Assembly (NCBI GenBank): GCA_008632985.1
Contig: QPGO01000273.1
Location: 1-64,000, forward strand
Origin: Psammoneis japonica
Lineage: Eukaryota
Reading direction: 5' to 3'
Length of the DNA: 64,000 nt
Position 1 is the stretch's first letter, and the number at the start of each line of letters is the position of its first letter. Of this stretch, positions 1 to 13,151 are shown piece by piece. The notes below the pieces were generated by a model. That model ran no database searches and had not been told where the DNA came from. It saw only the letters and a program-made list of their open reading frames with translations. A program made the translations under genes and the position numbers.

Positions 1-3000
1 CCACGCACAACGCATGTCAGTCATGTCGCATGGGTCGCGCAAAAGTGCGCACCAAAACAACCGTCATGTGTTGCAATCAATTCGAACGCCCGGCACAAAA
101 TGCAGCAAAATGATTGGTGCAGGCAATCGTCATGGCTCCATTTTCTGATGGTGGCGAGGGCGGCAATCCAAAATCTTTCGGTTTCAGACTTCGATCTAGA
201 GAGTTCCACCTAAAAGAGGAGGAACCAATTCAACAAAACCCGAGCTCCTGGAGCAAGAAAATCTGGAATGCATGGTCAAACGCGCACGCGCGTTTGCCAC
301 CTTTCCCTTTGGACGCGACGCACAGACCACTGCTGTGGACCACCGGCGCGGCAGCGGCACCCTGAACGAATGAGATTGCCCGAGAGATCCAGCGGAGACA
401 AGTGAAAAATCCACTTGATTTTGCTCATAAAATGGCCAAAATCTGCTTCTTTTTGCTTTCACATCATCATGATGTCAGTTTCTGAGTTTTTTGGTGGCAA
501 AAACCAGAAACCAAAGCATCGCCAAAACAAAGGCGGCAAGCTGCTGCTGCATGCTTTGAGGTCCAGTTGAGCACACAAGTGCAGCCACAATGGGAAAGAA
601 GAGCAGGAGGAGCAGCAAGAAGACCAGCCAGAAGAGCTGCAATGACGATGGTTGGAGGAGCATCAGCGGGGTCATGTGGAGTGAACCAACTGCGGAAGAG
701 ATTTTGGAGGTGATGGGCCGCATGTGAAAGCCAAGGGACTTTCTCTGGAACAATTGGCAATCTTTTTGGGAGCCAAACGACATCATTTGGAGTCCAGATG
801 CAAGAGCGCACAAAGGTGCTTCTCGTGCCACAAAATTCACCCCATTCATGGTGGCTGTGGCACAGGTTGATGAGGCGACTCTTTGGAGGCAGGTTCAGGA
901 GGACAGCGAGATGATGTTGCAGAGAATTTCACTCACATTTTGTTGCTTTTGGACATTTGTTGTAAAAAAAGGGCACTGCGGAAGCTCAGATCACAACAGG
1001 GCTGATAAAAAGATGTGTGCACCAGCACTTGACTGCCGCTGGGAAGGTTGAGCATCAACATGTGCTTGCGCTTGTGACTGCAAAGAGGTTTTGGAACTTT
1101 GGCAAAGCTGCAAATGACAGCCTCAAAGATTCTTTCCTCAAAAATCATTCTGGTGACAATGGCTTGGTGCACCCCGCAGTTGACATGGTGTCAGGTTGTG
1201 GGGTGCTTGCCACGGAGTGCTGTTTGAGACATCATTGCTCACCGGCATTCAATGCAAGCCTGGAATGGCACCCTGCAGAAAAAATGATCCAGAAATGACT
1301 GAGATTTTGTGTGATGGGTTGACCTTCATGAAGAAAGAGAGGCCAAATGGAGCAACCATGCTCTTTTCTTGGATGCAAAGAACATCCCTGTTTGCAGAGA
1401 TGGCAAGGTCAAGCTGGCATGGATCTTTCTGATGAAGATTTCAATTGTCTTGTTGGCACAGTCTTGGGTGCTGACCCCAGTTGCACTGGTGCCGTTGACA
1501 TGCAGCAAGGCTTGACAATCAGTTGAAGCTAACAAGTTTCAGGAGATCTGACATCATGAGCATTGAAAGTGGTGGTGAGAATCCTCAAGGATTCACAGGG
1601 TCAGACATTTCCTCTGATTGAGGGTCTTCAACCAAGGACATGCATGCTGGGTGTTGAGGAGCACAACACCAGGTCCAATGTTGAGAACTTGAATGGTCGC
1701 TGTGCTGTTGTCATCTGCACAGTCTTTTTCAACTGTTGTGGATGTTGTGTGCTGCTCATTTGGCAGAGTGCAATTGAGATGGCTGCAAGATTGCCAGCTC
1801 CCAGTGGATTGTTCCTTCAGTGTGACATGGAGAAGAAGTGGGACAATTTTGCCAATGTCAAGACAACGAACAAGTTCATTGAAGCAAAATCACTTGGCAT
1901 GAAACCAAAGGAGTGCAGCAAGCCTGTTCAACACTGCAACAATTGTGGCAGAGCATTTGTCTTGGTTTGGCAAAAGAAACAGCTGTTTTCAATTGAGGGC
2001 ATCACATGACATTCTTTTGACCATTTTCAACCCACTTTTTTGTTGATGACAGCACTTTGTTGTGTGCACACCAGCATTTTGTGGTGGCAAACATCATTTT
2101 GTTGTGTGCACTGCATGAGCAGGTGCCTGCATGGAATGACTGTTGCAGCAATGTTGCTCAGAGCATGGTTTTCTGGACATAGGAAAGAATGTTGGCGGAC
2201 ATGAAGATTTGAAAAAATGTCACATGGGTCAACACTCAATTTAAAAAACAAACAAATGACAGCTGTGATTGATTTATTTGGAGACCACAACCGGGAGCAA
2301 CATGAAAGAGGCTTTTGCAATTGTGGTGTGGTTGGGCTGCTTTGGTTGTCCATTGTCCCTCGGCGTCACAAAAGATGGGCCATCACCCCCCTCAGTTGCA
2401 GCTGTTGTGCTGCAAGCACTGTGCTGGCAATGCAGCAAGACTGTTCAGACCTTGTGTGCATGCACACAGCAGCAGTGTTTGTTGGTGCACACACCATGGA
2501 ATCACAGGGGCCTGGGTTCCCTCACCAACTTGGGTGTTTTCAGAGGAAACCAAAAAGCACACAACCATGCCCATGACATGTGCAGCTTGATTGGCCATCA
2601 CATCAATGCAAAAACATCAACACAAGAGAACAGCCCACATGTGTGTGTGTGTGCACATGTGGTGGTGGCACACAACTGGGGTCAGAGAAACTTTGGTGTG
2701 ACCAACTGCACATGATCCAAAATGCAAACTGACCAGAGAATTCGAACAATTCCCCATCTGCACTCCTGTTCCATCTTTGCAGAGACCAAAAAAGGTCTCA
2801 CAATTTCCACAGCACAATTTTCAACACCCTGCCATTCTTGTCACCTGCCAGCATGCAAGGCACAGCAATGTCACTTCCACAAGTGTGTGGAAGGTCATGA
2901 TGTTGGTCAAACCACCAACAAATTAACCAACTGTGAAAAAGCAGATTGAGCAGCTGAGTCCACCAAAACATCCAAAGAAGAAGGTGCCATTGAAGAGAGA

Positions 3001-4239
3001 GTGTGTCAGATGTGTGAGCTTGGGGACTCACCAGCTCCTGACACCTGCAGCCCCACACACAAACACAAATTCAGTGTTTGGCACTTTTCTGTGGCTGTGT
3101 GTGAAGAGCACCTGTTTTTCTACACAGCATGGACATCCAGTGGTGTGAAGGGCAAAACATCACCACCAGAATGGAGAAATTTTCATTTGCGTGCTGGCTG
3201 TTTGACAGCAACACCTCAACTGTGCTCAGCGGTGTGGCCAAAGAAGGGCATGATGCACTGGATGACAACAAGCCACTTGGGGCATGCACTGCAAAGGTCA
3301 TGGGAAGCACCTTTGCACACAGGGCAGTGCTCCTGCAGAAGTGTCACCCACACAATGTTTCATGTGCAACCCAGCCAACATGAAGACTCATCGCAACCAC
3401 CATGTGTTGCAAGGGCTGCTGAGCTCAACAGCCACATCTTGCTGTTTCCACCTTTGGTGGAAGGCAGCAATGCACCTGCATCATTGCCAGAAGATGAGCT
3501 GGTTGACTCACTCAAATGCAGTGTGCCCAAAATGAGACAGAGGCAAACAACTCAACAGGATTTTAACTTTGATCAGGAAAGTCATGCCATGGTTCCCAGG
3601 AAGTGGGAGCATGGAACAGAGACAATTCTTGGTTGTTCATTGCTGGCCAAGAGGAAAAAGCTCTTGCGCTCTGCATGTTGCACAGCAATGACCCAACATG
3701 TGATGCAGAAGATTGTTGCAGCCTGAAGCACCAGGCAAAATGGTGTCTTGAGACACCCCATTTAGACAATGACAGAAGTGCATCTGCACAGAAACTCAAA
3801 CCATGTGCCAACAAGGAGCTCAATGCAGCCATTAAAGCAAGGGTTGAAGACACAAGAAGGCTTGCAAAGTGGGAGCTAAATCATGTCTGCTGCCTCTTCC
3901 TGAGTGACACAGATGTGAAGTCTGCATGCACAATGAATTGTCGGGCAACTGTGTGGCATGATCACAGGATGTGATGTTCCAGAATCTCAAGGTGTTGACA
4001 TTTTGTTGTCCAAACAAGCCATTTGAATCATGGCTGAAGGTCAATGGCAAGAAAACAATGAGTGACACACAGATGCTGTGGCAGAAACCTCCTTCAATCT
4101 TGAAGATCCAGAGCCACAGTTGTCAGCAGAAAGCAACAGAATTTCTGAGATGTTGGGGACACTGGTGGATGTGCACGCTGGAATGCCTTGAGGATGATGC
4201 AAGGGGCAGCCTGACTCAATGGCAACCAGAAAGCAAAGC

Positions 4240-4460
4240 CACTGAATCTGTTGAGAATGAGCATGTGTGCTTGTTTGTTGATGTCACCTCAGGTGAATGA
4301 AAAGGAAATCCCTGCATGTCTCACTTGATGAGAGTGCTGAGATGCATCATGGGCATCTGTGTGAAGTCCCAAGGGCATGCAAGTTGTGCTGCATGAGGAG
4401 ATTGAATGCCTGTGCAAGACCAGCATCCTCAAGCATGTTGGATGAGTCCAGCACTGAGCA
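4240..4460 (+). mobile_element. Possible highly decayed Ty3/gypsy pol fragment
   Basis: Translations 'EHVCLFVDVTSGE' and 'VLHEEIECLCKTSILKHV' resemble the LFDGTLG and 'EIERL...GVLK' segments at the start of gypsy RT; very degenerate. Confidence 0.25.
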
Positions 4461-5199
4461 CACTGGCTCTGCAAGAAGAAAAGACTGGCCCAGCCAGTCA
4501 TGAGAAGAGGAAGAATGGCAGGCAGCTTGGTTTTCTGTGAGTGACCAGCACCCATTCTGTGGTGCAAAGCCCATGAGCAGAAAAAAATGCCTCCTCCCAT
4601 GCTTGCTGCAAGGGCTGACAAATGAAACCTCATTTCTGGACTCTGTCAAAGTGCTGCTGCACAAGCCAAAGTCACTTGTGAGTGATCATGTGTTCATGCC
4701 GCAGCCATGCTGGCCAACTCTGTTGCACAACAAAGTTTGATGGGAAGGTCTGCTGCCAGCAGTCCCATCCAAACACATGTGCATGGGCAGAAAGTCCATT
4801 TGTGCTGGCTGCTTTGACAAGTCTGCCAACTCCACAAAACTGCATCTCAACCATTGCAGGCACACATCATGCCTTGGTGCTGGCTGCCAGTTGCCATGCC
4901 TTTCACAGAAGTCAGAGAGGGGGGGAGAGAACTCAGCAACCAGGCTGCAAACAAAGCATCAAGGTGCAAATTGCACAGACTCACAGCAGCTTTTGGAGCT
5001 TGAGTCAAGTGGGAAACTCAGCAGCTGGTCTTCCAAGCAAATCACATGGTCACAAACTTCATCCTGTTTTTTGTGGCCTTTTCTGTCAGCTTTGCAAGGT
5101 TTGGTGGGCTGGGAACTGCTGCCAGCCCTGTCCCAAAAATTTCAGACATGTGTGCAAGACCCCCAACTCAGCTCTGGGGGACTTTTCATGCCCCTCAAT

Positions 5200-6330
5200 G
5201 TCCCCACTTGTTTTTTGCAAGAAGGTTGAATTTGCACAGAAGCACCCCAAGGATTTCTGCAAATTTGTGTGAGTTTTGTGCCCACTGAGCTCTCACAAAC
5301 TCTGGCCTCTCTCTCAGAAATGAAGTGTTTTCCCCCAACTGCTGGCTCAGAGGACAAGGTTGGAAAGACACATTTTGCAGCACACAGCCCACACATGTGG
5401 ATTTCTGGCAGAGGGAACAGAAACTCATTGAGGGCTTTTTTTCCCAAGAAAGGAGTGGGAACTCAATGCAGACATCTGGGCAGCATGAAAGGGGACACTC
5501 CCACATGGTCTCCCCATCTCCTGCTGCCTGCAAGAAGAAAGTGGAAAAATTGCCAAGAAAGAGGTCTGACAAAAAACCAGTGCTGTGAACTGCCAGGTTC
5601 ATGTCCAAGCCTCTGGGGTGTGCACAAACTGCACAGCTCTTGGAATTCTTGCTGACTCTCAACCTGTCACCCAAGGCTTGCACAAAGACTGAGCTGGCCA
5701 ACTTGGGTTGAAAGCAGCACTCAGAACCTGTGCCCCTGCTGGCCACTGCTTTGAGTTCATTGTCACTGACGTTGCCTCCATTTTTTCCAAAGTGCTTCTC
5801 TTCCAGTCTGTTTGGTGCACAGTTCCCAACATCACTTGAGCAATTCTTGGCAGCACATGTGTCGCCAGAGATGCCTTTGCCTCAGCCTCCAAGAAGAGAG
5901 GCAAAAGCCCAGCCATTGGCAAAAAGTGCGGCAGATGGTTGGCTTGCAACCGTGCATTGCACCCATCCACTGTGACCTTCTTGAGTGTCGCCACAATCCC
6001 AGAATCATTGCAAAGGCAACAAATCTTGGAGGTGCTTGCTCTTGGTTTTGCCAGCCACCTTTGGTCCAACCCAAAGCCTTGGAGGTCACACTCAAAAGAA
6101 GGCGCAAGCTCTGTTCCTTTGGGGGTTTCTTTTTTGGGCTTGTTCTTGAGCACAGCCAGGGTGCCAGCCAAGGGACAGCTGAGAAGGATCACATCAGCAC
6201 CTGAAAGCTCTGACAGTGTGGGTGGTGATGCAGATGGTGCTGGGAGCGGCTTCACCCATGATGCTGGTGCAACAGTCTCCTTGCCACTCATGCCCTCGCT
6301 GCAGCATGACAATGATTTGCTTTTTGTTGA
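5200..6330 (-). pseudogene. Short-chain dehydrogenase/reductase (retinol dehydrogenase-like) pseudogene
   Basis: Two overlapping minus-strand ORFs give ECDLQGF, LCNDSGIVA..VTVDG..LQANHLPHFL, PRIA, then CFQPKLASSVFVQALGDRL..AVCAHP. These match SDR motifs CDL, NNAG, NHLxHFLL, YxxxK and AHPG, with frameshift and substitutions. Confidence 0.7.
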
Positions 6331-6971
6331 ACTGGCAGTTTGCATTGTGTGAGGACAAAGAGCCAAGCTTTCTGGATTCTTTCCTTTGGCTCTGTTGGGT
6401 TTGGGGCTCTCACATGCACAGCGAGTGACATCCACAGTCCACAGCCCTGAGGCCACACAACCACATGGCTTTCTTCAAAGGACTCCTGGTGTCCTCCATC
6501 CTCAAGCAGTGCTTGTCTGAGCAAATGATCTATGAACAGTGCTGTCACCCTGTTTCTAAAATGGATGTCAGCTCATTGTTGAGCAATTTGAGGAGGCAAC
6601 CAACAGCACAAGCGAAACTGCTCGACACACAGCAGGTGGGTTGCGTGTGCAAACACCAACTTGAAGCTGCTGGCTGCAGGCCACGTTCAAGCAGAAGAGG
6701 ACAGTGGAGCAAATTATGGTGAATGGCCACTCTGCGGTGCAGTCTGGCACAGGCTGCCAGGCACTCGACCAGCGGCTGCCAGCTCTGGCTACAGCAGAGA
6801 AAGTGTCACAGGTCAAAGGGACGGCATCTATCTCCAAACTCGAGTCGAGTGAGTCACATCGCACCCACGACCACCGCGACCACGACTGAATGAAAAGCTC
6901 ACCGTAGAAACCAACGCGCAACGCGGGAGCAAGGAGCGCAAGCACAAAGGCCACTAAGCCGTTCGACAAAA

Positions 6972-7625
6972 ATGGATGGCATCATGACATCATCTGCGAT
7001 TCCACCGCTCACTCCTCAAGTTCTCGAGGAGCCAATGATTTACCTCTCAGAACTACAGCATGAAGTGATCAAGAATAATGCACAACTGCGACAAGCTCTC
7101 GGGGACGTTTCTCTGCCCGCGTGGGTCCCACATCGCATCATCGCCCAAGCACTCGGATATGGGACATTCGGGATTAGGAATGCCATGAAGACACTGAATG
7201 GTCGTCCATACCTGTGGGCGACAGAACTGGAGAATGTTCACTCACTGTGGCAGTATGATGAGCCGACAATCGAAATTGACGGACAAGTCTACCGTTCGTC
7301 CGAGTCGTACTATCACACGCAAAAGCCATGTCCATTTGATGCGGAAATGTGGGATGGTCAACGAGACGCTATCATGGATAAAGCGGTACGCGCCAAACTT
7401 TCCGCAGATCCTTCGCTCAAGCGACTGCTCATGGCGACGCGAGATCACCCCCTCGTTTCTATCAAGAACGATGAATACTGGGGATTCCACCCGTATTCAG
7501 GAGGGTCCAATCGTTTGGCCCAGATCTGGATGGAGATCAGAAATGAACTAGTAGTACAGTCCCAAGGAACTATGTGTGATGCTGCGGTCAACAGCTCCAC
7601 ACCACACAAGCATGACGCAACATGA
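6972..7625 (+). CDS. NADAR (YbiA-like) domain protein
   Basis: 217-aa ORF with SESYYHTQK, W...RDAIMDKAVRAK, LLMAT..PLV...DEYWG and GSNRLAQIWMEIR, typical of NADAR. Confidence 0.75.
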   Translation: MDGIMTSSAIPPLTPQVLEEPMIYLSELQHEVIKNNAQLRQALGDVSLPAWVPHRIIAQALGYGTFGIRNAMKTLNGRPYLWATELENVHSLWQYDEPTIEIDGQVYRSSESYYHTQKPCPFDAEMWDGQRDAIMDKAVRAKLSADPSLKRLLMATRDHPLVSIKNDEYWGFHPYSGGSNRLAQIWMEIRNELVVQSQGTMCDAAVNSSTPHKHDAT

Positions 7626-8389
7626 AGTACCTATTGAGTTCATAAACAACGAGAATGCCAATTTTTGACATCAAGTGGTGCTCCAGAGTAGTGTTGATCT
7701 CGACTTGAGAGTGAAAGAAACAAACAGCAGGTACAAGCAGCACTACCATATTAGGCAACTCCGGAAAAATAAATGGGTAGCTTCACACAGATATTGTATG
7801 AAGGATTCGACATTGCATCGTCCACACAAACAGCTTCTCCAGGGTACAGTATCTTAGTATTGCTGATTCTTGTGGACGGTCTTCCGAATAGTTCAATCGC
7901 CGACACGATCGGAGTTACGCCCTGCGAGTGCATTCTTGACCTAGGTTGACTTGTGCGGAAGGACAATGTCCGTGCAATCGGCAATCGGTCGTCACCGCCG
8001 TCCATCATCACACATTCCACATGGCATGGGACGTGTGCATCAACAGCAGTCAATTCCCCGAAGGTAATGCAAAGTTAAGCGACTCATCATCGATTGCCCC
8101 TCGTCTATTTATCTCTTCTATCTGGGAAAAAATGAAAAATGACACTGTTGATGGCGATAAGCGGTTGGCGGACGGACACGTCACTTCTGGGAGTGAAGTT
8201 TCGCGAAAGATTCGTTGAATTCAAAATCATTCATCTGCGAATAAATTTATTTTAAAAAAAGATTGCTTTCGCACGGCCACATCAAACGTGATCTTCCCGC
8301 GTTGTTCGTTGTTTTCTTCTGTGTTGTGTGCCAGGACGATGTATGTCCTCACAACACAGCATCAGTTCAAGGTCGTTGCAGCCAACGCA

Positions 8390-10215
8390 ATGCGAAACGT
8401 CCCAAGATTTTTATCAACTCTTCTAACTGTTCGGTCACCCAATATGCAAAGTAGTCTCGTTGCTCAACGCGGCAAGCGGCCGTCGTCCGTGTATGATTCC
8501 ATTATTGACACAATTGGAGAAACGCCCATCGTCAAACTACATCGTCTCTCTCCCAAAGAAGGTGTAAACGTTTACGTCAAACTCGAGTCTGAGAATCCAG
8601 GTAAGTGTTTGTCTTGTCACTCTGGTCTGTTGCTTTGGAAGTATGCATGGGCACGAGCTGTTTGTTGGATTAGCATTCTTAGACACGAGGGAGCGATTAA
8701 GTATCTTTTCTCTCTGCCAGAAATCTCACACCTCGCTCTTTGGTACAGGCGGATCTGTAAAGGATCGCATGGCTCTGGGAATGATCGAATGGGCTGAGAA
8801 GGAAGGCCATTTGAAGCCAGGGCAGACGGTGGTCGAAGCTACGTCTGGAAACACGGGAATCGGATTGGCCATGGTTTGCGCAGTCCGCGGTTATCCCTTT
8901 GTTGTGTAATGAGTGAAGCGTTTTCGATTGAACGGCGCAAGCTCATGAGATTTCTAGGAGCCAAGGTGATTCTGACTAATCCTGCTCACAAGGCCACAGG
9001 CATGGTAATCAAGGCAAAGGAACTCGCTGATGAGCACGGCTACTATTGGCCCAATCAGTTTGAGAATCAAGCCAACCCGTGGATCCACGAACAAACCACG
9101 GGACCCGAAATTGTCGATGCCATGGAGGCAGCCGGGCAGAACTTGACCATTTCGTTGTTGCTTATGGTACCGGTGGAAGTGTCAAGGGTATTGCAAAGTA
9201 CCTGCGTGAACATTCTCCCGACACCAAGATAAACGTGTGTGAGCCAGATAACGCTCCCATGCTGTACTCTGAAATCAAAACAGAGTATCCAGAGGGAGGC
9301 GATCCGTCTACCTCGTTTACGGGTGAGTACTATTGAAGGTTGAGCGTTATCATTAACATGATTTGGCTACCATTCGTTGGTTCTTACAATGCTTTCTCAC
9401 TCCGCACTCTTCAAGAGGCTCATCCCGTATGGCGGCCGCATTTGTTCCAGGGTTGGGCCACAGATTTTATTCCCAAGATTGTCGACGAGGCGGTGAATGA
9501 CAAATTGATTGATAACATTATGCATGCTTCCGGAAGCAAAGCCATGGCAACTAGCAAGGAGTTGGCCGTAAAGGAAGGGATCTTTACAGGTACCTCGGGT
9601 GGTGGAACGCTGAGTTGCGCCTTGGAACTCGCCAAAACGTGTGAGCCGGGCACAAACATTCTGGCTCTCTTGGCGGATACGGGGGAACGTTACTTGTCAA
9701 CACCGCTCTTTGATGATATCCCCGCAGACATGACGACGGAAGAAAAGGAGCTTGCCGAGTCGACTCCCTCCAAACCGCCTCCTCCACCCGGTCTCCCGGG
9801 CGTCTTGCCGGAAGCAATGGAATTTGTCAAGGAAAAGATTGCGTCCAACAAAGTTGTGGTGTTTTCGCTCGAGTACTGTGAGTTTTGCTGGACTCTCTTT
9901 AAATTCTTGGATGCTATTGAAGTTCCGTACGAGACGGTTTGTATTGATGCATTCAAGTATGCCAAGAACAACATGGGCAACAAATACCGGGCTGCCGTGT
10001 GTGACTTGACGGAGCAAAAGACCTTTCCTCAGTTCTTTGTCAATGGTGAATTTATTGGCGGTGCAGCGGATGCGTGCATGATGTGGAAAAAGGGTGAGCT
10101 CCAGCCTATTCTTGAAAATGCCGGGTTAAACAACAACAACTTTGGTGGATACGACGGCGATCCCTTTGAATTCCTTCCAACGTGGATGTCTCAAAATCCT
10201 CTGAGGGCCAAGTAG
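8390..10215 (+). CDS. cysK: Cysteine synthase (O-acetylserine thiol-lyase) with C-terminal glutaredoxin domain; introns 8601-8748 and 9323-9415; two apparent -1 frameshifts (~8905, ~9140)
   Basis: [23 protein letters not shown] (PLP lysine, joined across a GT-AG intron), [32 protein letters not shown]-terminal [26 protein letters not shown] (Grx). Confidence 0.9.
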
Positions 10216-11345
10216 ATGGACTTTGTGATCGTTGTCTTTTTTCATTGAATTGTAGTAATATGCATTTCCGCGCAGTCTCTTCACGTAGTCCAAGTGTAAA
10301 GTTAGATGACAAAGTGAGGTTGATGTTGGGTAATGCGATGCAGATTCTCCAAATTCTTTGGCGCAGCAGATCGATCGGAGCGAAACGATGAGACAGTCTG
10401 CACGCCCCAAGCGAAACTCGGGATCTCCTAGAAGCCATGGAAGAGGAAAAGCGCATGACAAAAGGTGGGCGTTTGAGCAGTTGGAGTTCAAGCTGTAGTG
10501 CATTGAGTGAGACCCTAGCAAGAAGAATCCGTTTTTGACAGAGGAAGTGATGCATCGTAAAAAGAGTCACCGGGCAGCCGCAGCCATTCGGACCATGTAG
10601 CATCTAGAATTCAGCATCATCGCATTAGCAAACATGCCAATTGCAATTTCTGCGTAATCAAAAAGACTACAGCAATTTGGAATATCTAGCATTAGCAAAA
10701 GCAACGACAGAGAATCGGAGTCACCAAGTCAATCTTTGTCCTGAATGACAACAGCCATTTGGGTCACGACAGGTGCTGGCAACATCATTTTAGCAAAATT
10801 GAAAATGTCACTCGGATTGGGTAGTGTTTAGAAACATTACTTGAGCAAGTTTGACGGATACAAGCGATTGGGAATACCGTTGAGAGGCGGGTCCGCAACA
10901 TTATTTGCTGGTAAAATGAGCGGGACAATACAAAATTTTACTCCGAGTACAAAATATGTGAAGGGAAAATCTGCGACTTTTCAATGAATGGCCATGACTG
11001 ACGAAATGACCAAAACATTTAACGCATGCATCGGGTATCATATCTACAGTTCATCACAGTATTGATACTGTGAAGCGGTACCTGAAACAAAAAAGTCTTG
11101 ATGTCAACAAAATTTTTAATTATGAATATATCCGTCAACGAGCACTGTAGGGCCTAGTTTGACTAAGATTCAACGCACATCGCCTTGCGAACCGCGCCCC
11201 CAAGCATGGAAGGTTAAAAAATCAACTCCTCAGAACAAGCAACGAATCACCCCACTTCAACGCATTCTTCGAGAATAGCTTCGGGTTCCGGCGTTTCCTC
11301 GTAGTGAGCAACGACAAGGTTGTCGGCGGGACAGTCGGAGCAAAA

Positions 11346-12958
11346 ATGGTGTTGCATTCCCGAGGTGGAACGCCAGAGAATAAGAGTACACGTTCTCCGA
11401 TTGTCTCGGAAACAGAAGAATCCAAGATCCATCACTCCAGATCGATTAGCAATGCGGGCCGGCTCACATTGGTAGCCGCTACTATCGCTGTGTTGCTGCT
11501 CTTTCAATGGATAAACATGTCCCGGCGTGAGCGTGAGAACTGTGCCATTCCTTCATCACAAAATACTACTGGCATTGCAACAGATCTGACGCCATGTAAA
11601 TATGATGGAAATTGTCCTTTTGGGTATTCTTGCGCAGTTGCCCCGGCGTGGAACGAGTCTGTTGTCGGTGTGTGCGAAGCTATTCGCAGTCACGAGTCGC
11701 AATCCTCGCAGCTGCCGAATGATGACACTTGTGTCTCGGCATGCCTTGGTGAACTTGAGTTGGATGAGCACATGTATCACGAGAGATACCCAATTGTAGA
11801 GTGGAGTGAGAGTGTCATGTCTAATGGGAGACCGCGAGGATGTTTGCTTGTGTATCGTAGATCGAAAGAACCTGCAGCTGGTCACCCAGTTCGTCACGAG
11901 GTGGAAGAGAATCTCAAGCTATGGATGAGTCCTCCAGCTGCCGTTGAAAAATGGGTCGAAACTAGATTCCGGCATGTAGTTCGAGTTGACCCGTTTTCGC
12001 AGAGTCCCGAAGACAGACGGTGGATGGCTTTCTGCACCAATCCTTGCAAGACAGATGTCGATTGCACAACGGGTAACGATAGAACGGGCGTGCCAGGGTA
12101 CATATGTGAGAAAGGCGCATGCCAGCGAAATCCAAAGTACTGGACAGTTGACAAAGAATCCATGGTGATTGTCACTGGTGCAACCGCTGGCTATTACCGA
12201 GGACTGCAAAATTTGGCTGCATCTGCAAGGTTCTGAGCACCAAACCACAAAATGGTTATTTACAATCTTGGGGGTTGGAACCGCACCTTCAAGAGATTCA
12301 ATCATGGGAGAATGTTATGGCTGTCGAATGGCCAGCGGGTATTCCACAGCACTATCCTCCGCACGTTCACAAAGGCAAGATATACGCCTGGAAGCCAATT
12401 GCTATAAATGAAAAACTGCACAGGTACAAATCTATTTTATGGTTGGATTCGGGGTCGACGTTAACTGGCCCGATTTCTCCAGTTGAAAAGATTGTACAAG
12501 CGACTGGTATGATGCTCGTTAAAGGACAAGACCAGTACATGAATAAGTCCCATCCAGTTACTTACACGTGGTTTAACGAAAGCAAAGAAAGTTTTGATGG
12601 GGGGCCACACTTCTCGGGTAACACGCAGGCCTTCCTTTATCCCAGTAGGTATGCAGATGCCGTTGTAAATCGAAATGCAGCTTGTGCATTTGAGGCAGAT
12701 TGCATTAAACCTCCGGATAGTTCTCTGAGAAATCACCGATACGATCAAACGTCTCTTTCCATTCTTGCATACCATGACAAAGTGCGCGCTCCCCATTACA
12801 CGGAATATTTGGCAGCATTCCGAAATCAATTGAGTAATGACATGAAGCGACCGTCCTTCAAATTTGTGTGGACAGCTCGACAAGGGTGCGATTTCTACCT
12901 AAAGATGCAAGGGGCGAAGAGGCAGTCCGTGCATGTAGGTACTGTACATGATGGTTGA
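11346..12958 (+). CDS. Type II membrane protein with Cys-rich region and C-terminal DUF1647-like/glycosyltransferase-like domain; in-frame TGA at 12234-12236 and frameshift ~12272
   Basis: N-terminal TM helix, IVTGA, IYNLG, YAWKP, LWLDSG, NHRYDQTSLSIL. The two ORFs join if TGA was TGG and one G is missing in the G-run. Confidence 0.6.
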
Positions 12959-13151
12959 AAGAACGGTCAGCTTAGGCCTATTCTTTAAAGGTTAAAGAAC
13001 AACAACAAGTTGGTCGTGCGACTGCGCCTCTTCACCTTTTCCCAACATGGGTGTCTCAGAATCCTTTTAGAGGGGGTTGTTGTCATTCCTTGGATCGCAC
13101 ATATTGTATTTGTCGACTTTGATAAGTTAGAATTGTCATGGTTTTGATTCT

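Larger units (their letters stand above)
460..6700. other. Hypermutated, degenerate repeat-derived domain almost devoid of TpA and CpG (TG/CA-rich)
   Basis: Long stretches (e.g. 4000-5600) show essentially no TA and very few CG by eye. ORFs here are Cys/His/Gln-rich and Tyr-poor. Bases 1-460 are TA-poor but still keep CG. Confidence 0.85.

Noticed and set aside
460..5200. Many overlapping Cys/His-rich ORFs here and in the other depleted domains
   Set aside because: By-product of TA loss: TAA and TAG stops vanish and TGY/CAY codons accumulate. They are not metal-binding proteins.
10620..11220. ORF-free interval with a small hairpin (~11053-11072)
   Set aside because: No tRNA, rRNA or snRNA features recognised; treated as ordinary intergenic DNA.
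12234..12236. In-frame TGA as selenocysteine or readthrough
   Set aside because: The context (RF*AP) suggests Trp, a frameshift follows within 40 bp, and I recognised no SECIS.
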